Source: Leidyana gryllorum EB-2025a
Taxonomy: Eukaryota > Protista > Apicomplexa
Reading direction: 5' to 3'
Length of the DNA stretch: 64,000 nucleotides
NCBI GenBank assembly: GCA_048772705.1
Contig: JBLWGC010000204.1
Span: 1 to 64,000 of the forward strand
Shown: positions 62,511 to 64,000 of the stretch, one piece after another
How the letters are laid out: each line of letters opens with the position of its first letter
Numbering within the stretch: the first letter of the stretch is position 1
The notes under the pieces: generated by a model
Seen by the model: only the letters and a program-made list of their open reading frames with translations
Told to the model about the DNA's origin: nothing
Databases searched by the model: none
Made by a program: the position numbers and the translations under genes

Positions 62511-64000
62511 TCATCGAGATGGTCTCTTCCATTTGCTTTTCATTGCAGGGTAGACGCGGTCGTCGCCCGCCAAACTCGGGAAGTCCTCTTCTCCACGATT
62601 CTCCTCGACCCGAGCGGCCGCCTTTGGTGGTGGAGCCCGAGGAGACTGCGGTTTCTTTGTGGGTGCAAACCGAGCCTTAGGCCTCGCAGCACCGGAGGGT
62701 GCTGTGTTCCCTCGAGACACTGTTGTATTGGAGGATTTTCCGGGCGACACGTTGCCGTTAGACCTCCTATCCCTCCATGGTGTAGCCTTGGAGCCCCCCC
62801 GCTGCCAAATGGGGCTGCTCGCTTTGACTGTCCCGGAGGGGTTGCTCGCTTTGACTGTCCCGGAGGACCCCACGGGCCATTTCGGTGGTCCTCGTGGTGT
62901 CTTCTTGACCCCTCCGTCGGGCTCCAGGGGTGGGGCAGCGGCGCCTCGTACCACCGTCGGTTGCGGAGGATCTCGAACCCCCCCTTCTCCAGCCGGATTA
63001 ATCCTGACCTCAGGGTGAGTCGTGACAGTGTGCTTTCCACCACCATGTTTCCCTCGGTCCGGTCCGCCAGCAGCCTTCCACTGCGCTGTCTTCGACGGAG
63101 TCGACACCTTCCCCAATAGGGATGGGAACTGGTTGGCGTTCTGCATGTCCGGCAAGCTCGAAAGCTCTGGAGGAGCGGTGGGTCGAGTGGGAGAGTCTCG
63201 GGGCGTTCGTCGACCGCCTCTGGAGAATGTTCGACTCCCTGTGGTGGGTTGTAATGCAAAACGGACACAGAGATCGTCATAACGTGATCTCCATTTGTTT
63301 GATTCAAAAGCGGACCCACAATCTGTGATCTTTCCAGACTGTTGTATGTGGGTGTACAGCGAGTCGAATAGAGGATTACATCCGAATGTGTTCCAGTTGC
63401 CGAAGATGGCCAGATGCTTACGAGCTCTCGTCACGGCGACATTTAGTCTGTTGGGATCTTTAACAAATCCAATGCTCTTATTCGGATTACATCGGACGAG
63501 GGTGAGGATGATAACATCTCGTTCCCCGCCTTGGAAGCCATCGACAGTGGACACTAAAATCTTCTTGTCGAGGCCTTCTGTTCGGAGCCCAGCGTCGTCG
63601 GCGATGAGCTCTTCGATTAATCTAACCTGTTTCTTGTAGGGAGCGATAATACCGATGTCGTTCAATGACTCGTTCAACGGTAACAGCTTCTTTCGCAGAT
63701 ACTCCAAGGTCAGAAGAGCTTCGCCCAAATTGCAGTAGCTGTGCTCCTCGAGATATTGAAGCTCGGACTGCTTAGCAGTCAGCAGAGTGGATGAATCGGT
63801 CACAGCTTTCAGTTCCGGACAGTCTTTCTCCACAGTGTTGAACCACTCCAAAACAGGCAGCGTTGGAGACACTCTTATGTCTCTAACAGAATGATGTGCC
63901 ATGACGCGTCCGTGGTAGAACTGTTTCGAGCTCCAATCACTAATGTGCTGATTCGATCGGAATTGGACTGTGAGCATTGTCGAGAGATGACGCGACTCGT
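62511..64000 (-). CDS. Upf1-like SF1 helicase, paralog 3 (3' part; runs off window)
   Basis: QFRSN, IGIIAPYKKQV, TVDGFQGGERD, RLNVAVTRAR; disordered C-terminal tail. Confidence 0.9.
   Translation of the reverse strand, partial: ESRHLSTMLTVQFRSNQHISDWSSKQFYHGRVMAHHSVRDIRVSPTLPVLEWFNTVEKDCPELKAVTDSSTLLTAKQSELQYLEEHSYCNLGEALLTLEYLRKKLLPLNESLNDIGIIAPYKKQVRLIEELIADDAGLRTEGLDKKILVSTVDGFQGGERDVIILTLVRCNPNKSIGFVKDPNRLNVAVTRARKHLAIFGNWNTFGCNPLFDSLYTHIQQSGKITDCGSAFESNKWRSRYDDLCVRFALQPTTGSRTFSRGGRRTPRDSPTRPTAPPELSSLPDMQNANQFPSLLGKVSTPSKTAQWKAAGGPDRGKHGGGKHTVTTHPEVRINPAGEGGVRDPPQPTVVRGAAAPPLEPDGGVKKTPRGPPKWPVGSSGTVKASNPSGTVKASSPIWQRGGSKATPWRDRRSNGNVSPGKSSNTTVSRGNTAPSGAARPKARFAPTKKPQSPRAPPPKAAARVEENRGEEDFPSLAGDDRVYPAMKSKWKRPSR

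Noticed and set aside
62341-62532. 63-aa ORF between helicases 3 and 2
   Set aside because: Short, overlaps the helicase 3 stop and has no motif; cannot be distinguished from chance or a 3' frameshift.
1-64000. Stop-codon reassignment to explain fragmented ORFs
   Set aside because: TAA, TAG and TGA each terminate conserved genes, and breaks coincide with GT..AG introns.

Overview
Gene-dense eukaryotic DNA, not prokaryotic. Genes are broken by short GT..AG introns, mostly 32-55 nt, and intergenic gaps can be under 30 bp. An ALP1-like actin-related protein and a stand-alone integrin-beta vWA protein suggest an apicomplexan, probably a gregarine (inference). 1-13.76 kb is a ~4.1-kb tandem array of about 3.3 units. 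Each full unit carries one intact two-exon gene: the 241-aa and 397-aa ORFs join in frame via a 39-nt intron into a 643-aa F-box/LRR-like protein. The spacers look like decayed paralogs of the same gene. A divergent family member with the same intron donor sits at 26.6-28.6 kb inside a three-gene GNAT cluster and is split by a 2-nt frameshift at a (CT)n run. The window also holds an alternating inverted-repeat element, a plant-type (PSPG-box) UDP-glycosyltransferase and an IQ+CBM48 protein. A housekeeping block follows (cyclophilin H, RNF10/Mag2-like, LYAR/Ser-rich, WD40, DHHC, sugar porter, PIG-U-like, TDP2-like, CDK, ALP1, RNR R2). It ends in a tandem trio of intronless IGHMBP2/Upf1-like helicases with acidic inserts and FPxL motifs. 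No rRNA, tRNA or CRISPR was recognised. All calls come from motif recognition by eye; no searches were run.
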